A stretch of DNA of 61,396 nt, filler included, from Basidioascus undulatus (taxonomy: Eukaryota), in the NCBI GenBank assembly GCA_000826855.1. It is 6 parts of 6 records of this genome, joined end to end, with 100 filler letters (N's around TTAATTAATTAA, not from the genome) between each part and the next. Parts side by side here need not be neighbours in the genome. Positions count along the whole stretch, not along the records: positions 1 to 27,348 come from JTLS01000168.1; 5 more parts are not named here. One strand, given 5' to 3'. A program made the position numbers and the translations under genes. Positions 10,756 through 22,858 of the stretch are shown here, piece after piece. The notes under the pieces were generated by a model. It did not search any database, had not been told where the DNA came from, and saw only the letters and a program-made list of their open reading frames with translations. Position 1 is the stretch's first letter; each line of letters opens with the position of its first letter.

Positions 10756-13700
10756 ATGTCGTTCTTCAAGTCACTCAAGAGCGCCGCGGGCGACGGCGTG
10801 CAGTGGGGCGACGGCGAGTCGATCGTGTCGAGTCTCGCACAGAAGGACTACTCGCAGTCGTTGCGGTCTTCGCAATTGTCGGTTCATTCTCATGCACAGA
10901 CGCAAACCCATCGAACATTACTCATGAGCCGGTTCACTGCGCAGCCTCAACCTCGCGACCCTCACCTCCGGTTACTTCGCCCTCCCTGGCGGATCTCCCA
11001 CGGCGCTCGCCTACGACCCCATCCAGGGCTTTCTTGCAGTCGGCACAGAAGGCGGCGGCATCGCGATTTTTGGCAAGGAGTCCGTTGTCGTGCGATGGAA
11101 GGTCGGAGACTCGCCCGTCAGGTTCCTGGCATTCCAGCCGGGACGCGGGAGGTTGATTGTCATCGGTGAGTCGGTCGCATGATGGAGGCGGGGAGATGGA
11201 CAGGACGAAGGAAAGGATGGAACGCTGATTGAGAGATTGTAGACGCCAAGCAATGGCTGCAGGTCGTCTCGACCGAGTTTCTCGATGCGCATGGCCTGCC
11301 GGTGAGAGACGCCATTTACTCTGTCCGCAACACCGTCACGTACGTCTTCTTTTGCTATTCTTCTGCTGGGATTCCCATGCACTCAGCTCACGCTCTGTGT
11401 TCCTTTTCGCACAGTTGCATCGACCTCTCTCCCTCCCACAACCACGTATGCCTACGACCCCGCACTCTGTGGTCTTCTTGTCTTCCGAGCACAAGCATTG
11501 ACTCCTCTTGAGCATATCTCGTTCGCACTTCACAGCTCATGCTCGCCCTCAAAGATGGCACGATCGACTTTTACGACCTCGACCGCTGCAACCACTCGCC
11601 ATACCGCGTCCCCAACCTCTGGGCGCAGCACGAAGAGCTCATGCGCCGCAGCGGCGTGCCGGGGCGGAAGCCTAGGGGTTACACGTGCGTTGTCTTGCTC
11701 CTGCTGAAGAGGATAGCGAGGAAGGATGAAGAGCGGTGGGCTGATGCTATTTGGATGCGGGCAGTCCCTTGTGCACGGCGGTGCAGCAGCACCCGAGGGA
11801 CATGAACCAGCTGCTGGTGGGGTACGAGGGAGGAGGTGAGTTAGGGAGACTACCAGAGGGCGATCCGTCGGTTGAGACAGCTGACGGAGGCATACGATTG
11901 GATGGCAGCGTGCATATGGGATATCAAGAACAATTCCGTCATCCGCTCTTTTGAGCTCATCCTCCCTCCTGGCGCACCGGGCGGCGGAAACTATCCTGGT
12001 ACGCCCACGCGACTCTGCGCTACTCTTCTCTCTTCTGAGCGGTACTGATATCCCTCACTCAACAGACGACCTCCTCTTCACCGAGCGCACCCCCACCGTG
12101 ACGTCCCTCGCCTGGCGTCCGGACGGCCTCGTCTTCGTCCTCGGACACGACGACGGCTCCCTCTCCTTCTGGTCCGTCGACGACGATGACCGCCCGCTCA
12201 TGGTCTGCACGACCTCGGAGGGCGACACGAACGTCGCAAATGGGGAAGCAATCTTCTCCGCCTCCGAGTCTGCCGGGCAGTCGCGCGCGCAGCGCGAGCC
12301 GGTCTTCAAGCTCGCTTGGGCCAGCTGGCCCGAGAAGGCGGATGGCGTGGGAGGTGCGGGGCAGGAGTATGCTGCGAGGGGCGAGACGGTGTTGACTATG
12401 CTTGGCGGGCTGCTTCCGACTGAGCAGCCGGGGATCACGCTCTTCCGGCTCCCGCCATTCCAGCCTCCTCTGCTGAGCGGAGCAAGGCCCCCGACCTCCC
12501 CCACAGGCGGCGGGGGTGTTCTTTCCCCCGACCTCCGCGCGGCGCTTCGCGCGTCCGTCACGCCCCCGGGCACGCTCCTCTACCCCACCCGCTCACCGCC
12601 AGAAGACTTCCTCCTCCTCCCGGGGGCGTCCCCGCACTTCGGCGCCGCGTTCGACCCCGTCGCAATCGTCATCGTGACGGGAACGGACTCGACGCTCCCC
12701 GAGCTGAGTGGCCCATCATGCCCGCGAGGGGTCGAGGCGTGGTCGTTCCCTCCCCCGACCGGACTCGTGCCCCCCTCCCCGCAACTACCTCCCGGCACTC
12801 CACCGCCCTCCGCCGGCCTGCTCCCCTCCGCATCCTCTCAGTCCTCCTTTCACATCCCCCCTCCCCCTCAGGACGCCCTCATCTCGTACCGCCTCCCCGC
12901 ACCATTCCTCACCGGCGCGGAAAGCGTCCTCGGCGTCGAGATCGCGGTGGTCCCGCCCAGCTCCTACAAGCGTCTCGTACCCCTTGACGAGAACGCGAGC
13001 GGGAATGCCGCAGCGCTCTCTGCAGCTGCGGCCGGGGAGCGAAGATTGCCGCTTTTCGGGGGCAGCGCGAGTCCGGATTGGACGTCCAAGGGCGCGCCGG
13101 ACCAGAGGACTGCGAAGGTGCGTTGATCGGCGGCGTTGCATTGAAAGGATTGTGCTTACTTTTGCTCGGGACGGATGGGATAGCTCGAGCACCGCAAGAT
13201 CATGGTCACTTACTCGCTCGACGCGACTGTCAGGTTCTGGGACATCAGCCCTCACTTGCTCGTGCGTTTGCATCTGTATCGATCCCCGTTACCCGACTTC
13301 CACCATGCTCATTGAACGCCGAGCCGGCCCTTCTCACAGCTCTACCCCGACCCCCTGACCGTCGAGTACCCACGCCCGCTTCCCCAGCACACGATCTCCG
13401 TGCGCGACCTGCTCTCGCACCCATCGCTCTCGCACCTGCCCGCCGCGCAGCTGCTGCACACGTCCCCTCGCGCGATCCGCATCCGGTCCGTGCGCTTCGC
13501 GGCCGAAACGCTCGAGTGCACGATCACGCTGCGCTCCGGCGAAGTCCTCCTGACCAAGTTCGGATTAGGCAAGTCGTCCGCCGTCGCGTTCGGCTCGTCG
13601 GTCGACGCAGCCCGCCGGGAGCTGCACGACCTCGACTCCGGCGCGGGGGCCGAAGAGGGTATGCAGAAAATGAGCGACATGATGGCGGACTTGGCGCGCG

Positions 13701-15820
13701 AGATGGAGGCGGACTTGGCGGCGGAGAAGAAGGCGGCCAAGGCGGCGAAGAGCAAGAAAATAGTCAAGCTCGGGGTGAGGTCGAGCAAGGCCAAGGTGAA
13801 CCCGCCTAGCTTTGGGGAGATCACAGACCTCCGGGAGATGGCCGATCTGCGGTCGGATGGCTTCAAGCCCGTTGCCATGCTGAGCGTCGGAAGGGGCGAG
13901 CCCATCGCGTGCGCGGTGACGGACATCGGTGAGCTGGTCTTATGGGCGGTATTAGGACGTAGGTGGGACGCTGACTGGACCAATCCGCCGAGGAAGGCTT
14001 CGTCGCTGTCGCGTATCAGGGCAACGCGCTCGCGATCGTCGACCTGCGCGGGCCGACCGTCATCTATCGCGAAGGCTACGGAGAGCCGGCCGGGAGGTCG
14101 CACAGCGAGTCCGAGCCAGTCGAGGCTCTACGCTGGGCCGTTTGCGGGATCGATGGCGGTGCGTCTCGCAGTGTCTATGCTTCCCCATCCGCGTCTCCTC
14201 GACTGATCAAAGATCGACTCCTACTCCCGTAGATCCCCTCCCAACCCCGCGCCTCATTGTCTCGTACGGCAAAGGTCTCAACAAGGTCATCACGCTCTCC
14301 ACATCCGACGACGGCCGCTGGGGCGTCGTCGGTCAGCCAGCGACGTTCGCGCACGGCAGCCTGAGCAACATGGTGGCGACGTTTGTCCTTGATGCTCGCA
14401 CGGGCGCGGAGCTCCCACCGAGCACGACCGCGCTGCAGGACGTCCAGCGCGCGAAGCGCCTTCCGCCGGGAGGGCCGCATCAGCGCGTGCTGTGGCTTGC
14501 AGTCGCGCGCAAAGGTAAGTTGGAGGGTGGTACAGCGTTGGGTGGGTAACCGAAGACGGCGGACGCTGACGGTATGGTTGGTTGCCGCAGCGCTGCGGAT
14601 CAAGGTCGACGTCACCGGCGAGACGCTCACCAAGGTCACGCTCGAGAACAAGATCGTACAGGCGACGCTTATGCACCGCAACAGTGAGCTTTCTCTCCCC
14701 GTTTCCTCTCGGCATACCTCAGGCGCTCATGCTTATGAGCTTCCAGGCGCCAAAGCACTGCTGGCGATTGACGAGACGGGCAAGGCTCTGTTCTTTTCCC
14801 TGCCCAACCTCGACCTGGTCCAGCACTTCCCTTTGCGTCCATGCCCCAATCCCGCGCCTGGCCCTGCCCCTCCCGCTGTGTACGCGCGCCCAGTCCCCTC
14901 CGTCCCACCTTCACCAGCTGACGCCCGACCTGTAGACCTGTCACCATCTCGCACGACGGCGAGGGCGACTTCGTGCAGTACACCTCGCCCGTCGACATTC
15001 AGTTCCGGACCTTTTTCAACTTCCGCAGGCCGCGCGAGCCGCTTGTCACGCTGCACAACCCCAGCTTGCCTGTCCCCGCGCAGCCGGGACCCGTCAACGC
15101 ATCGGGCGTCGCGGCGCTGACGTCGTGGCTGTGGGGGTCGGGAACGATCACTGGGGACCAGCTGGACACTTTGAGTGTGTACCATCCTTACTCCGAACCA
15201 TCTTGGAGGGCGAGGCTCATCCTTGACGTTAACACCGACAGTCGCTGGACCGAATCGACCGCCGCCCCGGCCGCCGCGCCAGAGGCGAGGTGAGGAATCT
15301 GAGCCTGAGCCTGAACCGGCTGTCGGCGCGTCGACAGCACGCCGCACGCAGCGTAGCGTCCAAAGCACCGCGCGGGGTGGGGTCTTCGACCGCATGCAGA
15401 ATGCGCTTGGTATGTCTTGCTCGCATGTTGTCGCGCTGTGGTCGCTGTCAAGACTAGATGCTCACGGTCGTCCTCTTTGCAGCCGAGCGAGGCGAGTATC
15501 TGAACGACGTACGTCTTATTCTGTGTCAGTTTCGGCTCCCTGGCGACTGAAAATAGTTGTGGGCAGGTCGAGGAGCGCTTCAATCGTCTCGCAGTCGGTG
15601 CCGGCGAGATGGCTACTCAAGCTCAGCGCGTCGCTGCAAAGGGTATGCCTTCTATGAGTCGCGTTACACCTTTTTTGTACAAGACTGATCTGTCGGTACC
15701 TCTCGGCACAGAATCTGCCAAACGGGTGCGTTGCAGCGCTGTTGCTGTCTTGTTTACGAACGGAACTGCTATGATGCTGACGAGTCCCCTTACGGTCAGG
15801 CGTTCGGCTCGTGGTTCTGA
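10756..15820 (+). CDS. SRO7: Sro7/tomosyn/lethal-giant-larvae family WD40 protein with a C-terminal R-SNARE-like helix
   Basis: Exons encode TALAYDPIQGFLAVGTEGGGIAIFG, LALKDGTIDFYDLD...PYRVPNLW, HPRDMNQLLVGYEGG, FELILPPGAPGG, VTSLAWRPDG...GHDDGSLSFW, REPVFKLAW, DIGFVAVAY...IVDLRGP. C-terminus RMQNALAERGEYLNDVEERFNRL...ESAKRAFGSWF* (TGA 15818-15820). Confidence 0.9.
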
Positions 15821-15823
15821 CTG

Positions 15824-15864
15824 CACGCATTCGACCCGCACGAACACGCATTCGACCCGCACGA
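15824..15864. repeat. Exact 20-nt tandem duplication just after the Sro7 stop codon
   Basis: CACGCATTCGACCCGCACGA-A-CACGCATTCGACCCGCACGA. Confidence 0.9.
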
Positions 15865-16532
15865 TCCGATTGCTTCTATACCTTTGATTTTCCTCTTTAT
15901 TGGCACTCTGCTCTGTATCTGTATCCATCGTTGCGACGCCTGCCATGTTACCACAGTTCTGCTGAATCTGTTGGAATCAGCATCCTTGTATTTGCATCTG
16001 TAGAGCACTGTGGCATACAGATGCCTTTGTGGAAGTTTTCAATTGCAACAAAGTAATGTGCGCCCCAACTCGCTCATGTATAGTCAGTGCCGGAACAAGC
16101 CAACCTGCGACTGTGCTCGCAGCTCACTCGACTCAGTACAGAAGACCAACCCGGTCCAGGGACATCCTGTTTAATACAGCGACCAGTTGAAGGTTTAAGT
16201 TCATCATTCTAGTCTCGTACGTACAAGCAAGCACCAAAATCTGTCACAACGTCCGCGGTCTGCAAATGCAGCAGACGTGTTCCCGCTTAGCCCGCATACT
16301 TTCCTGTGTCCTTTTCATATTGAGTTTAGGTATTTTAAAGGAGCAGGGTAAGAGCTGGGTTCAATGTAGATAGGTAGGAAGTGTGTCTGGCCGGACACCA
16401 GCGATTGAGCAAGTGGCTTTCACGCTGCACATGCACGTCCGCGTCTTGTCCATTTTACGCATGGAACTTCCAAAACGGAATCACGCGCAATCAGGCAGCG
16501 TTCCAACGTAAGGCAGAAGTGCATCAATTTGC

Positions 16533-19330
16533 TCACGCGATCGTGCCGCCAACAGCCCCCTGAACCGAACCCCCACCTTCCGCTGTGCTCCCATGCACGA
16601 ACGGGTCGACGTGCACGCCATACTCCCCCATGTCTGACAACGCGGGGCTCACAACCATCAGCGCCATCCATACAGCCGACGCGTCCTCCGCCCCTGCCGT
16701 CCACTGCCGCAGTCTGAGCAGCAAGGCCCGGAACCGGTACGTCATCGCGACGGGCGACGTGTACAGATCGAATACGTCCTCTGCGCTGCTGTACTCTGCA
16801 CCGTAGGCGGGAAAGAGCTCGAGGAGGTGGGCGTGCGCACGACCGACGCCTGCGGCTCGAAGCTGCGTCTGGCGCTCGGAGTTGAGGGGCGCAGGCGGGA
16901 GTTCCCACATGGCTTTCCACTTCTGGGAGAGCGTGTGCGCGAACACGCGAAGAACGAACGAGATGGGGTTCGCTCGCGGGTGGGTGGTCCGCTGGACTGC
17001 CCGAAGGTTCTCAACGTTGATGCGGTGCAAGGGTAGTAAGTCGAGTAGAGGTGGATCATCGAGTGTCTGTGTGATCGAGCATTTCAGAGCCGCAAGCATA
17101 ACACAGACGTTCTCGTGACCGTATCGCTCACCTCGGCGACAGTTCGGAGTTCCTCAACGTAAAGAATTTCGTTTAGAATGACGTCAAAAATGGGGCGTTG
17201 GCGGTCTTGGATGGCAGGTTCGAGCCGAACGCGCTCCTCAGGCGAAGTCGTCCCAACGTAGAGAACGACATTCCGGAAGGCTGCGAAGGGCGGCCTCGCG
17301 GACGAGTGGGAAGTCGTCGATGTTGTCGCTGTCGGGCCAATGAAGGTCAGCAGGGAACTGCGATGAAGTTTTCACATAAGACGACTGACGTGTCGTCCTA
17401 TGAATGCAAGGTAAGGTGTTCGGTAAGCGCGTGTGGTCGCGGTCCCGATGCAAGAGACACCTTGCCCCACATCTTCCTCCGAAGTGTCGCACAGTTGAAC
17501 CGGAGGTTCTGCGGCCCTTCGCTGACTTGGCGAGGGCCATTCTTTCCTTGAAAGAACCTATGCGCCGCCGGGACGCGCTCGAGCTGCTCGGGGTCGATGG
17601 ACGGGATCGACACCAAGTTGAACAGGACATCCACGCAGCTGTTGGTCGTGGCCGCTTCGGGGTGATCCGCGGGCGTGTACGACTTACGATGTACGAGAAT
17701 TTCGGCGATTTTGACAAGGCCTTACAAACAAAGGCGTCAGTAAGCGTCAAGGCCTGGGAAGCAAGGACAGAGATGCACCGAACAGAGGCTGTCGAATAAA
17801 GCGCACGATGTCAAACATGCTTTTCTTGATGCCGTACTCGTCCGCCGAAGCCTGTTTTCAAGAGAAGTTCAGCATCGTGATTAGCCCAAACTGAAACTGG
17901 AAGGTGAGCGTACCGAGATTCGCTCGGCTTCGAGCGAACCGAGCTGGATGGTCTCTCGCACGTAGCAAGCATCCTCCGTTCCGTCGAGATTGTCCACCAT
18001 TTGGGCCATCTCCAGAAGCGAGGCCAAAATCACGGTCGGCGCTTCCCTCAGCCGCGGGTGCTGCGCGCGCTGCTGTTCGAGGAGCGACAGACGGAGATCG
18101 CGGTACCATGTTTTGTAGGGCGCGAGGTAGCGGCGGACGGTCTCGAGCGGGGCATGGAAGTCCTGTTTGGCAAACGGAGTTTAGTCATTTCCGGACGTCG
18201 GAAGAGGATTGGGCCTCCCTACCTCGGAAACAAAAGTGAATGCTGTGCGGAGGAGAAGATGATCAATTACGTTGAAAAGATCTCTGAGTGTCGCCAGACG
18301 CCACAGCCGTTAAATCTTTCGCCTTGAAACGGAATAAGGGGATACTCAGTGAGACGTACTCCTGACGGTATTCCTCTCCCACGGGGACTATACGCCAACC
18401 GGCGTCGGAGACGAGTTCCCTCCAGAAGTATCTCCGGCCTTGACCGGTCCACCGAAGGCCTTGTTGAAATTGAGTGAGGGCTGCAGGGTCGTAATTGATG
18501 CTTCCTGTTGATTTGGCGCCTGGAGCACGCGTCGGGACGCCGTTGGAGCTGCTTCGAGACGTAAGCCTTTGTCTGCGGAAACTCGAAAGAAAGGCGTGGT
18601 TCCTGGCACCCGACACCGCGCGATTCAGCACTCTCCTCCAGTCTGAAAGTGTACGTGCAGTGAGTATTACGCAGCTGTGTGGTATGTTAAGCTATCAGTT
18701 ACTCACATGCGTTTTGCCCAAAGCTGAAGATCCAGCTTCTGCTGAAAAGCCAGAAGTAGGGGCTGCGAACGGTCAAGGGAGCAAAATTGCGAGCTACTAC
18801 TGGCCTAGTCTAGCTTACCGGCGTCGGGTCCCGCGGCAAAGGCGCCTTGTTCTGCGTCGGTGTATTGAAACTGGAGAAGCTCTCGTCCTCGAAGCTCTCT
18901 CCGTCGTCTTCGTCCTCGTCGCTAATTTCTTGGACTCGCTGCTCGCGGTTGAGCTCGCCCGTCGGCCTGACCGGCTCTTCTCCGACGCGTATATCGGCGC
19001 TCGCTACGAGTGCGGCACTAGCTCCTCCTCCTCCCTGAGCCTGCTCCTCAGGCTCTTGCTCGAGAGTTCGACGCGGTCATCGATGTCGCCCTCGTCCCTG
19101 TTGAACGAATCGAGCGACTCCGCTGGCGAGAGCATGCCCGAAGGGATGTCATCGGTGTGCGAAAGAGGGGTTTGGGTAGACGGCCGGACACGAGAAGTCA
19201 CATCCGAGGGAATGACCGAGAAGGACGATGCCTCAGACGAGGATGGCGCGGAGACGAGACTGAAAGGCGAGTGGGTGTCCGACGCAGCGTCGTCGATGTC
19301 GACAGCGGGGCTTTGGTGAGGTTCGGGCAT
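16533..19330 (-). pseudogene. Large multi-exon gene of unknown family, apparently frameshifted
   Basis: Starts MPEPHQSPAVDIDD... (Ser/acidic-rich). The coding-like frame shifts near 19065 (DRVE / TLEQEPEEQAQGGGG...DEDEDDGESFEDESF...RDPTP followed by a GTAAGC donor). Further minus-strand coding-like blocks at 18263-18631, 17398-17750 and 16533-17099. No family recognised. Confidence 0.4.
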
Positions 19331-20321
19331 GTTTCCGAGCTTGCCACGATTTGCGCGGACGATTGTGGTCAGGAAGTAGAAGCGTGAAGACTTGAAGATG
19401 GAGATAGAAACAGAAACAGAGTCATGCTGTGGCCGATGACAAGTACGCACGGCCGACGTGTGCCTATCGGACTATTAGTCCAAAAAGTGTGAACCTACGG
19501 CACGACCAATTGCGACCAAGCACGACCCGAAGACAAACAGCAAGAAAAGTTCAAGCACGTTCGTGAAACAGCATTTCGCGACCAAAGACACATTTGGTTA
19601 GGTTGAGTATCTCCGACTTCTCGTCCTCGCGTGCTCTCCTTTCCTTTTCCTCAAGTAAAAGCAATCGTCCGGCTCCTCATTCTACGGCCGTGCTGTTCAC
19701 AATAGCTAGCTGTTCTGGCGCTGGGCGTCAGACCGACGCAGCCCGCTTTATTTGACTCGCTCGCCGACGGTTCTCCCGGGCGGATCGGGTCACTCGAGCG
19801 GGCGACATCTTCGTTGCTGGGCGGCCAGTTGGTGTATACTGGGCATCTGGATGTACGTGTACCGGGATGTCGTTGTATTGGAGGCTAGGGAAAATGGATA
19901 TTGTTTTTGTCCCCCGATATCTTTATCCTCGCATGCCCCTGCGTCGGCGCCGTGTCTGCCGCGCGGGGTCTACCCGCCTTGGTGCAGTCCGAGCGCTTAG
20001 TCTAGGCGGCCTTCGCTCTTCACGCTCAGCGCACACAGACCTCTTCGATCAAATGAGTACACCCTACAACCCTTGTGGTTGAGCCAAGTTCGAGCTACAA
20101 AACGCGCTTCATGACGGGCCCTTGCCTCCTATGCACCTCGGCCTCCTCGCTTCATCTCTCGAGCATCTCGTTCCCCCTCTCGTCTCGAACGTCTTCCTTC
20201 GCCGAGCTCGCTATTCCTTGATTCGCTAAACCACTCACGTTCACTCGTTCTACACCTTCGCTAACCTTCGCACTCAATCACCCTGCCCTCGTCGCCCTAT
20301 GTCCTGTATTCAAACCCCGCA

Positions 20322-21821
20322 ATGGCCGCTCTACCATGCCCTTCGCACACGTCGTCGTCCTCCAATCTCGCGCTCCGCCATGCTCCTCATCGCCATAGGC
20401 CGCGCCAATCGTATAATCGCGGCGACATGTACACGCTCGGCCAGTCGGCTTCCGGGGCGGGATCGCACGCGACCGCATCGTCGCTCCCTCACCTTACGAG
20501 CGCCGGATCGAGCGCAACATCCACAGCAAAGACCGGAGACGAGGCCCCTGCCAGCACGACGACGATGCTATATGCGTTTGTGGGCATCGCAGCGGGCGTC
20601 GCCGTCGTCATTGCCGGCGCGATGATCTTTCGCCGCATCGGCCAGCGCCGCCGTGCCCGTTGGAGCAGGGCTGCGCCTGTCCCTTCCGGCTCCAGTCGCA
20701 GCTCGGGCGCGCGCGCGATGGAGGAGCAGCGCGGCGGGGGCTACGCGGTCATACCGGACATGTACCCCTACAACTACGCGGAACCCCGGCTGTCCCTCAT
20801 CCCTCAGCAGATCGAGGACCCGGACCCGCGAAGGAACCAGCGGGCCCTGCCGCCGCCGCACCAGCCAGCTCCCCCGCTGCCACACCAATACGCCCCGCCC
20901 CCGCCTCATCAGCTGGCCCCACCGCCGCCGGCCGCGCACAGGCCCTCATCGCCCCAAAGCTTGTACGCGAGAAGCTCGAGCTCGTCCATCTATTCCGATC
21001 ATTCTCCCCGAGGCAGTTCGGCGCGCCTACCGCTGCTGCAGAACATTCAGCAAGCGTGAGTTGATGGCTTGGAGACCGGGAGTGAAGAGTGAATTGGACT
21101 GAGGGTCATTGCCTTCTACAGACAGCGTTCTGCTTCGCACGACGGTCACCGTCCACACGCTGCCCCCGAAGACTATCCGCATTCCTATCCGTCCACTTAT
21201 TCCGATCCTCGACAGCACTACCCGCACACGTCGTCTCACGGGCAGCCCGCGCATCATTTCCCCAATCCCTACGGCCCTTCGCCATATGCACCCGAAGACG
21301 GCGGCGCCCTTCAGCTGGTCGGGATGCATCCTTCTCAAGGCGCCGGCAAATCTCGTGCGTGTGATGTTCGTCCTTCTCATCTCACGTTATCTGACTTTCT
21401 GTCCCTTCTTCGTCTTGTCTAGCTTCTTCGTATCTCGCTCGTCGTCCGTCGCAGGCACGCTCACGTGCACCCGCCCAGCGTTCCGAAACCGACGCAGCGT
21501 ACGACGGGATGCTTTCGCCGCTCGGCGAGGAGTCGCTTCTGCCGTGGGCGTCCGCGCCGCCTTCGCCTCCCGAGCGGATAGCGGAGCGACGTAAGACCAA
21601 GACCGGCCATCTCACCATCGACGCGAGCAAGCTCTCCCCTGTGCAGAAGGCCTTCCTTGCTTCGGAGCCGAGCTATCACAGCCCTACCATGAGTGGTGCG
21701 TTTGATTCGCTCACACACTTGAATGCGGAAACAGGGACTGACGCCATGAGCGAGTTTGACAGTGTACCAGCTGTACAGAAAGCAGTCTGTGCGGTTTGTG
21801 TCCGAGGACCGGCCAGATTGA
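20322..21821 (+). CDS. Single-pass membrane protein with a Ser/Thr-rich N-terminus and Pro-rich cytoplasmic tail
   Basis: TM MLYAFVGIAAGVAVVIAGAMIF followed by RRIGQRRRAR. Three phase-compatible GT-AG introns (about 21056, 21355, 21696) extend the ORF to VYQLYRKQSVRFVSEDRPD* (TGA 21819-21821). The start could instead be a downstream ATG. Confidence 0.65.
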
Positions 21822-22154
21822 CTTGTCGTTTGGCTTGTCCGGACTTGCTTTCCTCTCTTTCTACGGGGTTCATCGTCGTTTGTCACTCTGTTATACTTTG
21901 ACTCTTCATGGTTCACGGACACTTGCACCGCATCTCGGACACTTGACTCATTCACATTGCACTATACCCCTGTATCGCACATTTCACACACGGAGAAACT
22001 CTCAAAGCTTGGAGGGCAGTGCGCTTCTGCGCTCTGGAAGCCGGCAGCCTGTTTGATTTTATGAGAAGGGCAGGAACGGCGAACCGGGCGTTCATCAACA
22101 TCGCATGTCTGACACCTCAGACCAAGCAAGCTGCTGCAGACGATAATGCATGTA

Positions 22155-22858
22155 TCATCGGCTCGCCATCACGACAGCAAAACAGGCGACTACGATGCAA
22201 CCTAGCAATGTCGAGAAAAGAAAAGGCGTGGTCTGGGACGCCGGAAACTGGTCCTTGAGCAAATGTGCTTGAACGAGGAAGTACCGATAGATGCCTGTAG
22301 GCCGTCCCGTACGACAAGCTCAGTAGCGAACGACGGGTAAATGACGCATTTATCATCACGCATTGCTCACCAGTTATCAGCAGCACGATGGAAAAGGCGA
22401 TCAAGACGCCCCCTAGCGGCTTCGCGAAGCGCCGATCGCTTCGCGCCGCCTCGACGTCGTTTTGCAACTTCTCCGCGTCGCTCAGCGTTGACGGGTGCTG
22501 ACCATTTGTTGGAGACGTCCTGAGCGTCATATTCAGAAGCTCCACTTCCAACCTGAGAGGAGCAGGCTGCAGTGCGAAGAGCTGCGTGACAGCTGCCCAA
22601 GACGTCGTTCGGTTGAGCTTGTTCCGCAGAGCCCAGGTTTAGTCAAGATCTTACCTATACCCAGGGAGGCTATGAGGACAGAAGCTCGGACGGACGCAAG
22701 TAGAGTACGCTCGGCGGCCAGATGGTCTCGCGCTGCTGAGCCTGCGAGTCTCATGGATGAAAGTCAGACCTCGAGGCGCAAACGTGAATCGGCCCGAGGA
22801 GAAGGGACGCGCCTCGGTTGGGTATCACTAGACGCGGTTTGAAGAGACGGATGGTCAT
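22155..22858 (-). CDS. DUF202 (YidH-like) three-TM membrane protein
   Basis: Spliced MTIRLFKPRLVIPNRG|SAARDHLAAERTLLASVRASVLIASLGI|AVTQLFAL...FAKPLGGVLIAFSIVLLIT|GIYRYFLVQAHLLKDQFPASQTTPFLFSTLLGCIVVACFAVVMASR*. Matches the fungal RDHLANERT...KPLG...RYF..Q....FP pattern. Confidence 0.85.

Noticed and set aside
11951..15657. Many long overlapping antisense and alternate-frame ORFs (also at 26380-27404, 38162-38960, 49000-49700)
   Set aside because: Expected shadows of high-GC coding sequence; they are Arg/Pro/Ala-rich with no recognisable motifs.
21240..21290. Suspected frameshift in exon 2 of the single-pass membrane gene
   Set aside because: Recounting the C run (TTC CCC AAT) shows the frame is continuous.
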